Shown here: positions 21,301 to 33,087 of the stretch, piece after piece
Position numbering within the stretch: the stretch's first letter is position 1
Layout of the letters: every line of letters starts with the position of its first letter
Made by a program: the position numbers and the translations under genes
Notes under the pieces: generated by a model
What the model was told of the DNA's origin: nothing
Databases searched by the model: none
Seen by the model: the letters and a program-made list of their open reading frames with translations, nothing else
Source of the DNA: Tubiluchus corallicola
Taxonomy: Eukaryota; Animalia; Priapulida
Reading direction: 5' to 3'
DNA: 64,000 nt
Assembly: GCA_030141605.1 (NCBI GenBank)
Contig: JAQGDQ010000022.1
Span: 310,001 to 374,000 of the forward strand

Positions 21301-24300
21301 CCTGTTACACGTAATTTTTTTTACATCTCCGTGTAACACTAGTTGGATTACACCCTCTACAAAGTCAATACCATCTCGCTTCAAGGATCTAATTAGTACA
21401 TGCAGTTCTATTCGCTGTCTATATGTCAAGCCAGAAACCTGAAATAAATAAAAATACTTTAGCTGTGCCTAATCTAAGAAAAATGATTCGTTTGAACGAA
21501 AGTATAACAACCTACTGATTAGAAATTTGATTGTGATGCTGATTTCATATTTTTCAACATTTTATATTATCAACCAATTTTTAAGTAAACGTACTGTATT
21601 AAGGAACCGTATCAGTGGTGCTAATGGGATTCGCAATTAGCAACTGCAAAAAATTTAGGCTATAGCATTCCCCAGGACCCCATTCCTCAGGACCTCTTGA
21701 CACAGTTGGTGCTAGGTGAAAGAGCCGTTACCATGTCTGTTGCGATGAAGTTAAGCAACACTGAGTTTGGTTAGTAAACGGATGGGTGACTACTGCGAAA
21801 TTACTACATTGTATCTTCATCTAGCACACTGCCTCTGACAATTCTCTCGCGTAATGAAGCCGTAACGACATCTGTGCCAACTTGGCATCATACCTTCGCT
21901 AGGTTTTAGGTTCTAGATAAACAAGGTTATAGGTCAACCACAAACATTTACGTCAAGACAGGTCCTGCCATTGAAATGTTTCGCGTTTACGAAGAAAAAC
22001 GTAAAATTGGGCAGGCACAAATATGTGCAACCATGAATATTTTGTTTAATTGCAAACCTAGACAAACATACCTGACTGATATCAAGTTCTTCAGCACAGA
22101 ATAGCTTTTCTAACTTGTCAAGATCCACTAAAGGGAAATGAACCCTGCTTTTTCTCCACACTGTTTTCTTTGAGTCTGAGAAATAGAATAAACAAAACTA
22201 ATAAATTTAGTTTGAGCATGGCAAAAATGTAAATATAAAAATAATCTCAGTGTTGCTTAACTTTATACCAACAGGCACCTGCAAGGTATGACGTAAGCAG
22301 CAGATAAAAAATTTATTCAGACTTCCTTCGTTCGTCCGATCATCATCTCCAACTAAAAGCTATTCGACTTTTTTCTCTTTTCACTTTTTAGAACGATTGC
22401 TGAATCGATGTTGCTACAAATATCAATTGTTAAGCAACAAGACACAGAATATGCAAATGTACAGAAGGATTCTATTATCTATATTGCAAAAACAACAATT
22501 AAGATTTGGTACAACTACTGAGGTGAAGCGAGGTAAATTACTAGCTAAGCTTGGCTGAAAAGTTAAACTTTTCACTGCGCTTGGTTAAACGAGTAAATTG
22601 CTTAGTCTGCGGGAAAAACTGCTTCTGGGCGATTTCTTTTGCCAAACTATCTCTGGCCATTTCCCTCGTTGCGGGAAGAGTGCACACATCCGACTTTCGC
22701 AAAAACTCCACTTATGCCGGCCTAGTGTGTTACGTTGCAGTCTACATAGTTAACGTGGTTCTGGTCCCCCCAAGATCCAATATTAGTTTACCTTGAACTG
22801 AGTACTGAATTCCAGCTCGCAGCATGGCAAATGTACGTAAATGCCTGATTTTAACCGAACCAATACAGCCCGAAAACTCAAAATTATCAGCCACTTTTTT
22901 ATTTAAAAGATAGAAGAATTCTTAAGTCCCAAAACCTCAAACAAAAGCCAAAACGTAAAAATATGAGAAATTTATTAATTGAAGGAATCTGACCAGCCAT
23001 TCACAGAGCATTAACATATACCTTCATTTCCCAGAACATATGTTACACAAGTTTCTAGCTCAGCACTGTGCATATTGGTTAAATTAGGGACACCAAATTA
23101 CTTGTTTATGTCTAACGCACCTGAATCATTATTCTGAGGCAGCTTTTTCCACAGAAGGCGTTTCATCTTTTTGTTTGGCTTTCTTACTGTTAAGCTCTTT
23201 GTTTCCTGTGCTTCATGGACGGCAAAAGTGCACTCTTCAGCCATTTGTGCAGTTTGTTCAAACGTCTCCAACTCTGCTGATGGCAGCAACAGTGACTGCA
23301 ACGGTGGATTGCTGGCAGGAATAATTTTATCATCTGTATTTAACTCAGATTTAGCATTGCTACTGTCACTGTTGTTTTTTCTATTCGCTTCTCCTACACA
23401 TTCTGTCTGCGTTGCACGTGTGATGGTTAATGTCTTATCATTCAGTGTCACCTTGATAGAATTTTTCAGCATTTCTTCAGCCAAATCAAATTTATGGCCC
23501 AAAACAAGTTTCTCGACTGACGCCTCCATTAGTTGCCAAATTCGATCACTGTAAAGCAAAAAAACCGTGTTCTCCTGTGCCGTCTTAAGGGCAAGTTCAT
23601 CTTGAATAAAATTTCATTGACACTGGTGATACTGATCACGTAGTTGTCTACTTCTTTTGGTGTATTTGACAATTCTATGTTGTATACTTTTATCAATTGT
23701 AATTATTTGCCTTGCATTTTCTCGACCAGTATGAAAAAGGACTGTGAGTCTTACACAATCTTTTTAATAAAGTAGAGTAGTACTGTTATAATGAACCATA
23801 TTCTTGAAATGTAGCGAACACTGGTACATTCGTCATATTAATCTAAAGTTTAGTTAATTATTTATAAGTTAAACAATGCCAACATCATGCGTGGTTTAGC
23901 CAGTAAGCCACCTCAAGTATTAACGACTACCATAATGTGTATCTTAACATAGACATACCGCAGAATCAGTATTTCGTTGAGACGAGAAAAACACTTTTTC
24001 TTCAAAAATATTGGCATATTTAATATTTATTGCCTTTTTATGTAATCATAAACAATGTTAAAAGTAAAATTTAATTTAAAAAATGTCTTCGTCACTTCCT
24101 TTTTAACTTAACTCAAGAGACCAACTGTGTTGATATCAATCACTTAGACGAAATGATTTGAAGAAATTCATTTACCTCTTTCCTAGCATTTCCAGATAGT
24201 AAGCTTGTTGCAGGATCGTTTTCAAATGAAGAACTTTTGGAGTACCAATCACCTGTAAAGCAAAAAATGTCACACTTTATTTGTGAAATAGAAATCTGTT

Positions 24301-27300
24301 GCAATTCCAGTTTTTATTTACCAGTAAGGAGCTTAATGTCCAGTTCAAGTGGATAATTCCGCTCAGGCCAAGTCCGCTATCTCTGTCCATTCACATTAAC
24401 ATTCGCATTGGGTCAAGTACTGTTCTTGGTCTTCTAGCTATTGCCGAAACATATTACAAATTGAAAAGCAACTAAAAGCAGTAGCAGATATAACTTTTAT
24501 TTTTCTGATCTGATTTACAAAACTCTTGTGGTTCACTCGGTACGTTTTTGCACTCTATACTTCCAGCTGGCATTAGCGACAAGATAATGAATATTATTGA
24601 TTTTTAAATGGAAAAATCAACCCAGAAATCAATCAATCAATAACTTATTAAATAAAAAAAATCTATAAACTAGCTGAACAAATCAACTAACAATCAAATT
24701 AACCATCCAAACAACAATCAAGTTAATTAATCATTTAACCAACGATCAAATCTATCAATCGTTTAACAAACAAACAAATCAATCAGTCATTCAGTCAAGA
24801 AGTAAATCAATCGTCCAGGCAACAAACAAGTCCATCAAACAGTTAATCAATAAAGAGTGGATTCCTATAACTCTTCGATTTCTATAAGCCTTCGAACTAT
24901 GAACGCTTTTAAAATAAATCATGGAAAACAGCAAACCTGTCCGAGTAATTCATCAAAGACATCGGTAACTGATCCGGTAACAACATTCTTGCGCTCTAGT
25001 CTTTGATCTTCTCTTTGCGAGTTGTCAAACGTTTCGATTTGAACCTGAAGATCTTCATCTGAGATGTGGCGCAACTCGCGCAGTATGTTTATTAGACATA
25101 ATCCTGCTCAATATCAATAACAACTTGCTTGAACAAACCCTTTCACATTCATCTAACAACAGCAACTACCAACTTTTCATGCGTTATTAACGTAAGTTCA
25201 GTTTTTATTTGTTGGACTATTTAATCTTTTAGCAGTAATTTTACTTTCTGCACATTGTCGATATGTTTTACGATGTTTTTAATGGACATATAAGTCTCTT
25301 GACTTCCGTTCATAGATGTATTATAAATAAATAATAAAAATTAATTTAACAGACATCAAATCTAAACCTTCGTCTTTCTGCTTGTGACTTTTTAGTAAGT
25401 CCGAATGGACAGGTGTAAAGCCCATACTTTGACAATGACTGCTGCCAGTTCAGGTAAATAAAAAAACTGACAACTTCCGACTGTTATAAGACGAATATAT
25501 AGAACTTAAACACTATATAAAGCGCCAATACTGAGTAATGCCCAGGTGTAGGCTAATAAAAAAGTGACTGACGAAAGCCAAAACATCTGTTCAAAAAGTG
25601 ACTCAGCCTGATCAGACCTGAGGTAAAGCCATCACTAAAAATGGCTATAAGTAATAACGCTCAGTGAAAACATTAATTTAAATCTTACCTATAAATTCTT
25701 GTCTAAATCTGCGCCTCTGACTAGAATCTTTCGTTGAAATAATGATACTATTAATAAAAGCCAAAACAGCAGTCTTTTGTGAGATGGTATCTGAATTTTT
25801 TAGTTCTTCAATAAGAAATCCAAACATATAAGCAGCTCCTTTTTCCACCTAGAAGGAAATTCGGCAACACCTTTATAACATTAACATTTAACATGCATAA
25901 AAAGGATCGAGAGAAAAACGGGATATGAAGAACATTCTTTACGTCGCTACGAAAAACAAAGCGTAACCTAATAGTTGTCACCTTATGTGTTGGCTACGAC
26001 AGTTAAGCAGTGCCGAATCCTAGTTAATAAAAGGATTGGTTATGGCCAGGGAGATAATATGAAAAAGAGAGAAACTATTCTTTCCAGTTTCATCTGCCAT
26101 TACTGCCTTCAATTTTTCTTATTAAAGTAAGATGCACACGCATCTGAACAGCGAGAGACTCACCTGCTGGTCCAATATCTCGTCTTAAAAGGTAGTCCAT
26201 TATATATATATATATATATAATGAATATATATCTGCGCAAAAGCAGGAATACTTTTATTAGAAGGTGCAAAGTGCAAAGTGCTGCAGCGCCCCAAAGATC
26301 ACGCAACCGTATAAATGTGTGCCCGAAAAAAGTATGAAATGTGTGCCCGTAAGAATTATTAATCCGTGCGCACGAAATACTAATTTACATTGGGTTTCAT
26401 GGTTCCTTTATTCGTGATTTATACTTTATTTAGTAAAATGTACTTTCAGCAGACGTAAAATTGAACTGAGTAATGTGAAATTTATCTTGTTAAGGGTACT
26501 ATGGTATTATGCGTTGAGCATTATGACAATTAGCATTAAATATTCAGTGCGAAAAACTAGTATAATAAAAGCTTGGGCGATGTAGGAGATATTTTTAACT
26601 TTAATTCTACAAGTGTGTCAGCAACAGTGTGATTTGTAGTTACTGTGTAGTCACTTTGTAACTTCATAGTGAAATGCAAATTAAATATTTTCACGATGTG
26701 TAGAATAGACGCTCTTCTATGTATTGTAATTTTAAATTTTTATTCACACAATAAAATTAATTATGAATCATTAATTTTTAGGAACTAATGGTGTAGACAC
26801 GTATCCTAGCTTTTAAAAATTGAGATTCTTAAGGCTCCCACATAGAGGTCAAAGACATTAACATTAAGTAACTCATACCTCTCATAACTCATAAAACCAG
26901 GCGATTCTAATATATAATACATAATACATGTGCAGGTTTAGCCTAATGGTAATACGTCCGCTTTCCGTCTGGGAGGTCGTGAGTTTGATGCCGTGGCCGG
27001 GTCATACCAACAACTTTAAAAATGGTACATGTTGTTCCTCTGCCTGGTACTTGGTATTTAGGGTAAAAGTGGGGTATATAGTCTCTGTTATGTAGGTATA
27101 GTATTGTTATTTACAGTCAAAAACTCGTGAGCTTATGTTAATTGTTATCTAAAAACCGACTTTATTAAAAAGATTATCATTATTATATAGAGGCATGTTA
27201 GAAATTTGCATGCATAGGAATTTGTTACAAAACTGATATAGGCGCTCAGCTGCAAGTGTTTAAGTGCTTGAGACAAAATTTGAAAACATGACAAAGTTGT

Positions 27301-29512
27301 AATAGAGGAAAATAGGGTAAACCAAATTGGACTAGAAATATGCAAGTGATAATTAGTCAAGGGTATGCTGGGTATCGTGCACATTGGTTAGTCTCTCTGT
27401 CTAGCTTAACTCAGCTTTTCATAAATCTGATATAAAGCGAGGTGTAGTTACTTGTAGCAGTTGTCATTCATTAATCTGGATCTGTGCGTACGATTGTATT
27501 AATTCGTGATCAACATTTCATGCGCACGGATTAGTAATTCGTGGCCACGAATTAATATTTCGTGCACACTGATGATACGAATTAAATTTTTTCACCATGT
27601 CGCTTCGGGGCTCTGTAGAAAATTATGTAAATCGTGCAGGAAAATACACTGCTTCATGTTAGCACTTTGAGATCGAGAATTAGTCATACTTGATGCATCA
27701 ATGAGGATCATGACACGCGTTCAACTATAATTAATAAAGCTCAGAACTCGAACTTTTCAAAGACTTTTCGGATGTCAACATACCTGGCCGAAGAGTCTTA
27801 TTCATTCGGCAATGATTATGCGCTACTACCAACTATAGTTGAACTCGTGTCACCTCTAAGTATGCGTACCACTTCAACAGTTTGTAGGGCTTTTAGAATA
27901 ACCGAGTGTCCTTTCTGAGAATACACGCATATGGCAGAGAGAATGTTAAACACTGGTCGTTTAGCTAAGCCATTTGCTGTATCCAGCACTGAAACATAGA
28001 TAACAATATTATGTAAAAAACATCAAATGCGACATGACCGTATTTGAGAAATATTTACATAAAAAAGATAATTTTTTTAAAAGACAAAAAAGATGATAGA
28101 TAACAAACAAACAAGATACATGACAAAAAAACATTAAATCGTTAGAAAAAAGCACCCATCTGTGCTATAATGGTTATAATATACGCGTTAATACAGGTGA
28201 AACGTGTGTTCAGGTCACCCAGGGATAATTGGTTTATTTTTATAAAGTTCGGCTTACTTATTAGCATGAATAAAAACCAGAAAGTTTACCCCTAACGAAA
28301 TTAGAACCGCAAATTTCACTTTCCACAATGTAGACAAAAGCAGAAGGAAATTGCAGCAAATTCTTCACCGATTCAACAGCTTCCAGTTGCAGTAATGACT
28401 CAGTAAAATCTTGGCATCCAACTCCGCTCAAACACCGCAAACATTCCGTCAGAACCTAAAAAATGTCATTAGAAATGAATTAATATTCATGAGGCTGTCA
28501 GAAACCGCTGGCCTTTGGGCTTTTGTGAAGCGAAGCATCAAAGGAAATTTTGGCGCCTTGCTTGCATTTGTTGTATAGTTGTTTAGTTTGGTTAATTTGA
28601 GAGGGCCATTTTTTACTTTGATGAATTCGGTGGAAGTTTCTTGTTAAGAATTCTGTTGCTCGACGTGTCTTGAAATGCAGTTAAGAACTAATAACTTTGT
28701 TAATAGAATACAGACACTCACTTTGAATACAGTATCTCACTTTGTGTGACATGCAGTTACGTTTTAAATTTTAAATTAAGGCGCATAATAATGTTACAGA
28801 AAATATAAAATATGCGCACTAGCTTGCTTCTTGTCCTACGATCCAAAATTCAAAGAAAAGTTGATCAATATACCTTTCGTTACAAGTTTTTGATGTTAGT
28901 TTGACAAGAAGTACCTATAAACTTAAATTTAAATCCTTGTAAATTAATGAAGGGACTAACGCACAGTACTTAATTTTTGGACAATTTTTTGCTAGAAATT
29001 CAATTATGACCAGTTCACTTCATCATTAACAGTACTGTGTCTTTGGCTTAACAGTGTATGGCTGTTTGTTAAAATAAAAACAACAATATTTAATAATTCA
29101 TGAATGGCAATTTATAAGAAAACTACAATTTAAAATTTAAGGTATAAACCTAAAATTCGGTCTACATTGGTCCACATACCTCACAGCCGTTTAGAGAAAT
29201 AAACTGTTGACACCACGAATCGTCTGCATTAGCTAGTTGATTTGTGACGTACTGCATATTTTCAACGGTAGGCTGTTGAATAAGTTGTAAGCAGTATTGA
29301 ACTGTAAAAAAAACCGTGGGTAAAAATTTGTAAAAGGCTTTATACTAAGCTCGTCGTTTGTTAACTGAATGTATAGAGAATATGGTAGCAGCTACCGTTT
29401 AACTAAAAATCTCACATTGCGATACATACAACTAATTAACTAAACAATTAGCTATCAGTTATTTCATAACATGCTTACCTTCGAAGCGATTGTCGTCGCA
29501 CTGGCTGTTCAT
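16948..29512 (-). CDS. Inverted formin (INF2-type: DID, dimerisation region, divergent FH2, DAD) lacking FH1; 18 exons, 984 aa
   Basis: Exons (minus) 29512-29479, 29301-29180, 28455-28290, 27988-27870, 25848-25689, 25103-24937, 24252-24176, 23548-23121, 22175-22072, 21438-21265, 20945-20688, 20109-19943, 19344-19230, 19127-18969, 18567-18483, 18160-17894, 17757-17678, 17220-16948 (2955 nt, GT-AG, no internal stop). DID resembles INF2 (CLQLIQQPTVENM...SWCQQFISLNG, LDTANGLAKRPVFNILSAICVYSQKGH, FRQEFIGLCLINILRELRHISDEDLQVQIETF). FH2 lasso MKRLLWKKLP...TVW, post LQAGNFLNWG...AGGF, DAD-like ILDVCLKTIRQGF. Confidence 0.9.
17562..17632. repeat. (GAT/GGT/CAT) trinucleotide-type SSR in formin intron 17
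   Basis: Directly visible gatgat...ggtgatggtcat...ggtggt. Confidence 0.85.
18338..18419. repeat. (GCT)n/(GTT)/(GCA)n SSR in formin intron 15
   Basis: Directly visible; explains the poly-Cys ORF at 18298-18492. Confidence 0.85.
21703..21831 (+). mobile_element. 5S rRNA-derived sequence (SINE3-like or 5S pseudogene) enclosed by an inverted repeat
   Basis: gaagttaagcaac...ggttagta...ggatgggtgac matches the 5S internal control region (box A, IE, box C) but is too diverged for a functional 5S gene. Flanked by gtgctaggtgaa (21709-21720) and ttcatctagcac (21816-21827). Confidence 0.75.
26283..27617. mobile_element. Non-autonomous TIR DNA element with GTGCGCAC-rich subterminal repeats
   Basis: Ends tgcagcgccccaaag and cttcggggctctgta (12/15 inverted). 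Internal inverted pair gaattattaatccgtgcgcacgaaat (about 26353-26378) versus atttcatgcgcacggattagtaattc (about 27515-27540), 24/26. Confidence 0.65.
26932..27066 (+). mobile_element. tRNA-derived SINE with a MetaSINE-like central domain
   Basis: A-box TAGCCTAATGG, degenerate B-box GAGTTTGATGCC, then ggtcataccaacaactttaaaaatggtac...cctctgcctggtacttggtattta, resembling the Meta domain consensus GGTCATACCAAAGACT.TAAAAATGGTAC...CCTGCTTGGCACTCAGCATT (recalled). Confidence 0.7.
27711..27852. mobile_element. 142-bp palindromic MITE/foldback element
   Basis: TIR tgacacgcgttcaactata versus tatagttgaactcgtgtca (18/19); inner pair aagacttttcgg/ccgaagagtctt (11/12). Confidence 0.75.
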
Positions 29513-32500
29513 ATTTCTTGTAAATATCCTCCGTTTACGAGTTATAAATATTCTCAAAAACCAAATATCGCAGACAAAAGAAATATCAGTGTTCCTCTTT
29601 ACAAACGCTTGGGATTCTCAAAATATCCTAGCCGTTGATAATGATAATCACTTTAAACTGTACTGCTGTTTTAAAAAATTAAGATGGTCATCAATTATTA
29701 TCAGCATTTGTAATGTTTACTTGCGGTGTTCCTATGACCAAACGAAATACAAAACAAAGGAATTATCTCTTACAAATAAACTGCCATAATGTTAAATAAC
29801 TTCTAACTCTAATGCATAATAAATTTTCTTCAACGTGCTACTGGTTCATATACCTAAATGTGTGTTGTGGGAGGCATGAAAGACACAGTCCGTTGAATTC
29901 GTTTTCTCGTTACAAGGACCGTGAAGGGTCTGATCTGAAGGGGTGAGATCTCAATCGGAACCATTGCAACATAAGTTCTTTGAAAAGTTCTTCAATTTTC
30001 ACCGAAAATAAAAAGCAGTACTGCTGTGTTTCTATATTTTTACATTACATGGTCTGTGAAAACTGGAACATTGTTTATCACTCACAGAACACCACCTTTA
30101 AACAACCCGCCCAAGTTTGTTTCTTTCAGGTTCGCTGTAATATTGGCCTATAATAACATAGACGGTTTTCGTGACTCATCGTCTGTTTGGAAAATTATAA
30201 AACACAACCGCTGCGATGCGTAACTAAGAGTTGCAAATAATAATATGTAGGATCTAGGAAGATAAGCCCAAGCGTGTCACTGATTTCAATTGCATGACAA
30301 ATTTGTTTATTATACACATTTGTGATTAACAAAAGTCTGGCGGAATGCTGTTACTTCACTTGGTCCGTTTGACTGCTTATTTGTTTATTTTATTTTGCTT
30401 TGTTTGGTTGTCTGTTCGTTCATTTGTCTGTTTACAAGCCTGTAAATGGCACTGTCTGAATTAACATTACAACAGTTCCGTTAAAAGGTATTTTTCAAGA
30501 CCATGTTCACAATGTATCTTCAACAATAAACAACAATTATTACGCTTAGAGAGAGGGAGAGGGTTAGACAGCACAAGAGCGAGACAGACAGACAAAGAGT
30601 GAGAGCGAGAGAGAACGCAGAACAGAGAAATGGAAAGGGGGAGAGAGAGGAAGAGGAAGGATCAATAGAAGAGTTTTACATACAAAATAACAGTACAGAT
30701 GAGACACTTTGTACGGTTTATTGAAGTAATGATCGTACTACACCATGCAAATTATTCACAATCTTTAGAGTTTATCTTACTTCTAAAAATATAAGACATT
30801 AGGATTAGATAATGACTTGACTAACAAATCAAATCGCGAAATCATTACCATTATAACTTACTGGTTTACTTCTTATACCAAAAATTACTTTATACCAAAA
30901 ATTAATTATTACTTTTTACCAAACAGTAAGTAACAAAAAGAAAAGTAGAAAGCAGCATTTTTGTAGAAATTTTACCTATTTGCATCTGCTGGTCTAATGT
31001 ACATTTCTCGGAAATGTACTCAAACTAGAATCACTGGGTTTTCTCACTTTAATGACACTAAAAACAAGTAACAGTGCAGCTTAAAACCCAAACAACTTTA
31101 TTAAAACCTACTTTGACAGTATTTAGATTGTATATTTGTTTTTGTGAAGATTCTTAAATAAGGAACAAAAAAATGCATAACCAAATTATGTAGTCATAGC
31201 TACATATGATCCTGTCTTGCAAAGACATAGCAATGCTGATTTATGAAATCCAAAATTTAGACTTTAATAAGGGTACTCTGGGTTTCACAGTAAACAATGC
31301 ATGTTTTTCCTTTTATAGTCTGCATTACTTCTCCTTTTGCCAATAGGTGTCACAGCATATTTGGATGATGCTACATAACATAAATTACAAACAAGTTAGC
31401 TAACCATTGCTTTAAATAAAACGCAGTGATGCCAATCAAATACTTCGCAAGTAGTGTGCAACCTCTTACTATATACCGTAGCCAGAAAGTGAAATGCATA
31501 GTTATTACTGTAAGGCTATAACCTTCATACAATGTAAGAAACACAATGAATATTTATAACAAAATAAACAAAAATAAATAGCATTTGCAAGTTCAGTCCT
31601 ACTTCTAATTTTAGTGAACATTATAAGGACTTGTACCATCGCACTTAAACTACAAAACTTTCTCACTTTTCGTTTAATAATGGACGGAATGTGTGTCTAT
31701 CACAATATGCATTACCACCAAATGCCATAACACAAACAAAACCATAAAACAAATTGCTGTTAGTAATCCTGAACACAAAATAGCAAATTTTAACCATAAA
31801 CAACAATTAAAATAGCATACAGTTTTATATCAAAAAGGTTTTAATATTTTCATTTCAAAATGCAAATATCTTCAACAGGAGAACCTTAGCAAATTCAAAA
31901 CTGACAGCTGGTTACCCAAAAATGGTTCCACAAACGACATATCCAGAGGCACTTATGCCTATGTTGGTCAGGAATGTCACCTACAAATATTGGGTTGGAA
32001 TGGATCTCATGCTTCATGTAAACTTAATGTCACATCAACGGAACTATTCATTGACTTAACAAGTGCTAATATTTCTATGAAGTGGTCCACTAGGCTTTTC
32101 TAAAACTGATGTCTTCAGCTATTTTGCAATAATCTGCCTCCTACCATAAACATTCTTGGTTAGAATTAAAAGCTATAGTGTCCTCTCATTAGTTAAGAGC
32201 AAATAGAACTTATATAGAGTATAGGCCTAACATATGAAGACATATCATAATCACTTTTTCTTTGCCACATAATACTGAGGCAAAAATTTAACAAAAATGG
32301 AAAAATGAATGCAAGATTCACAGGACAAGTGCTCGTCCTGAAAGAACAGAACAGTTAAGACCGTGTTGGAATGAACCAATTTTATAATATCTTTCAGATA
32401 ATAACCCATGATAACTGTGGGAAAACTTAGGAAAAGAAATGCCATTTTTGTTCAAAATTTAGTATGCATTAGATAACAGCGTGCATTTTTACAAGGAAAT

Positions 32501-33087
32501 TGTTCGTTAGTTCATTTTAACAAGAAAATTTTCCTAATTTCTTATTATGGCTACCAATAGATGTAGTTTATTATCACATTTTTATCTCACACAAATATAG
32601 TTCACCTGCTGCAACAAAATGAAAATAATGTCTGACACTGTCCATATTTTAACAATATGAGGGGATGTGCTTACAGTTTACTAAATGCAATTTATGCTAA
32701 AAATTCACAAAATCTTAACCACCAGGACATATTCACTAAAACACACAGCTACACTATGTACAAATCCTTTGATAGACCAGCTTAATTAAAGCAATTACAT
32801 CTGGGCTATTAAAATTTCAACAAATTCTGAATAACTATAATAGCAATAAAAAATGGGATACACAACACACAGGATTAAAAGAAATCTGATACAAATATCA
32901 CAATGTAAATAAGATGGGTAACCACGTTTGTAATATCACATAGAACACTTGTGCATAAGTAAAAAGTACAAATAGTAATCAAAACTTCACTAACCGAGAA
33001 AAGCATAAATTATCATAAACTAAAGCATTCCTCAACTGCTATATATGTTATATGAGATCCACTGCTATAATAACAATACATGCTGCA

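Noticed and set aside
23549-24267. Identical 15-nt acceptor ttttttgctttacag at two consecutive formin introns
   Set aside because: Low-complexity consensus-like sequence; the exons themselves show no similarity, so duplication is unsupported.
28874-28914. 41-nt AG...GT-bounded segment in formin intron 2
   Set aside because: It would frameshift to an immediate TGA, the flanking exons already align contiguously with INF2, and the acceptor tract is weak; probably a chance pseudo-exon.
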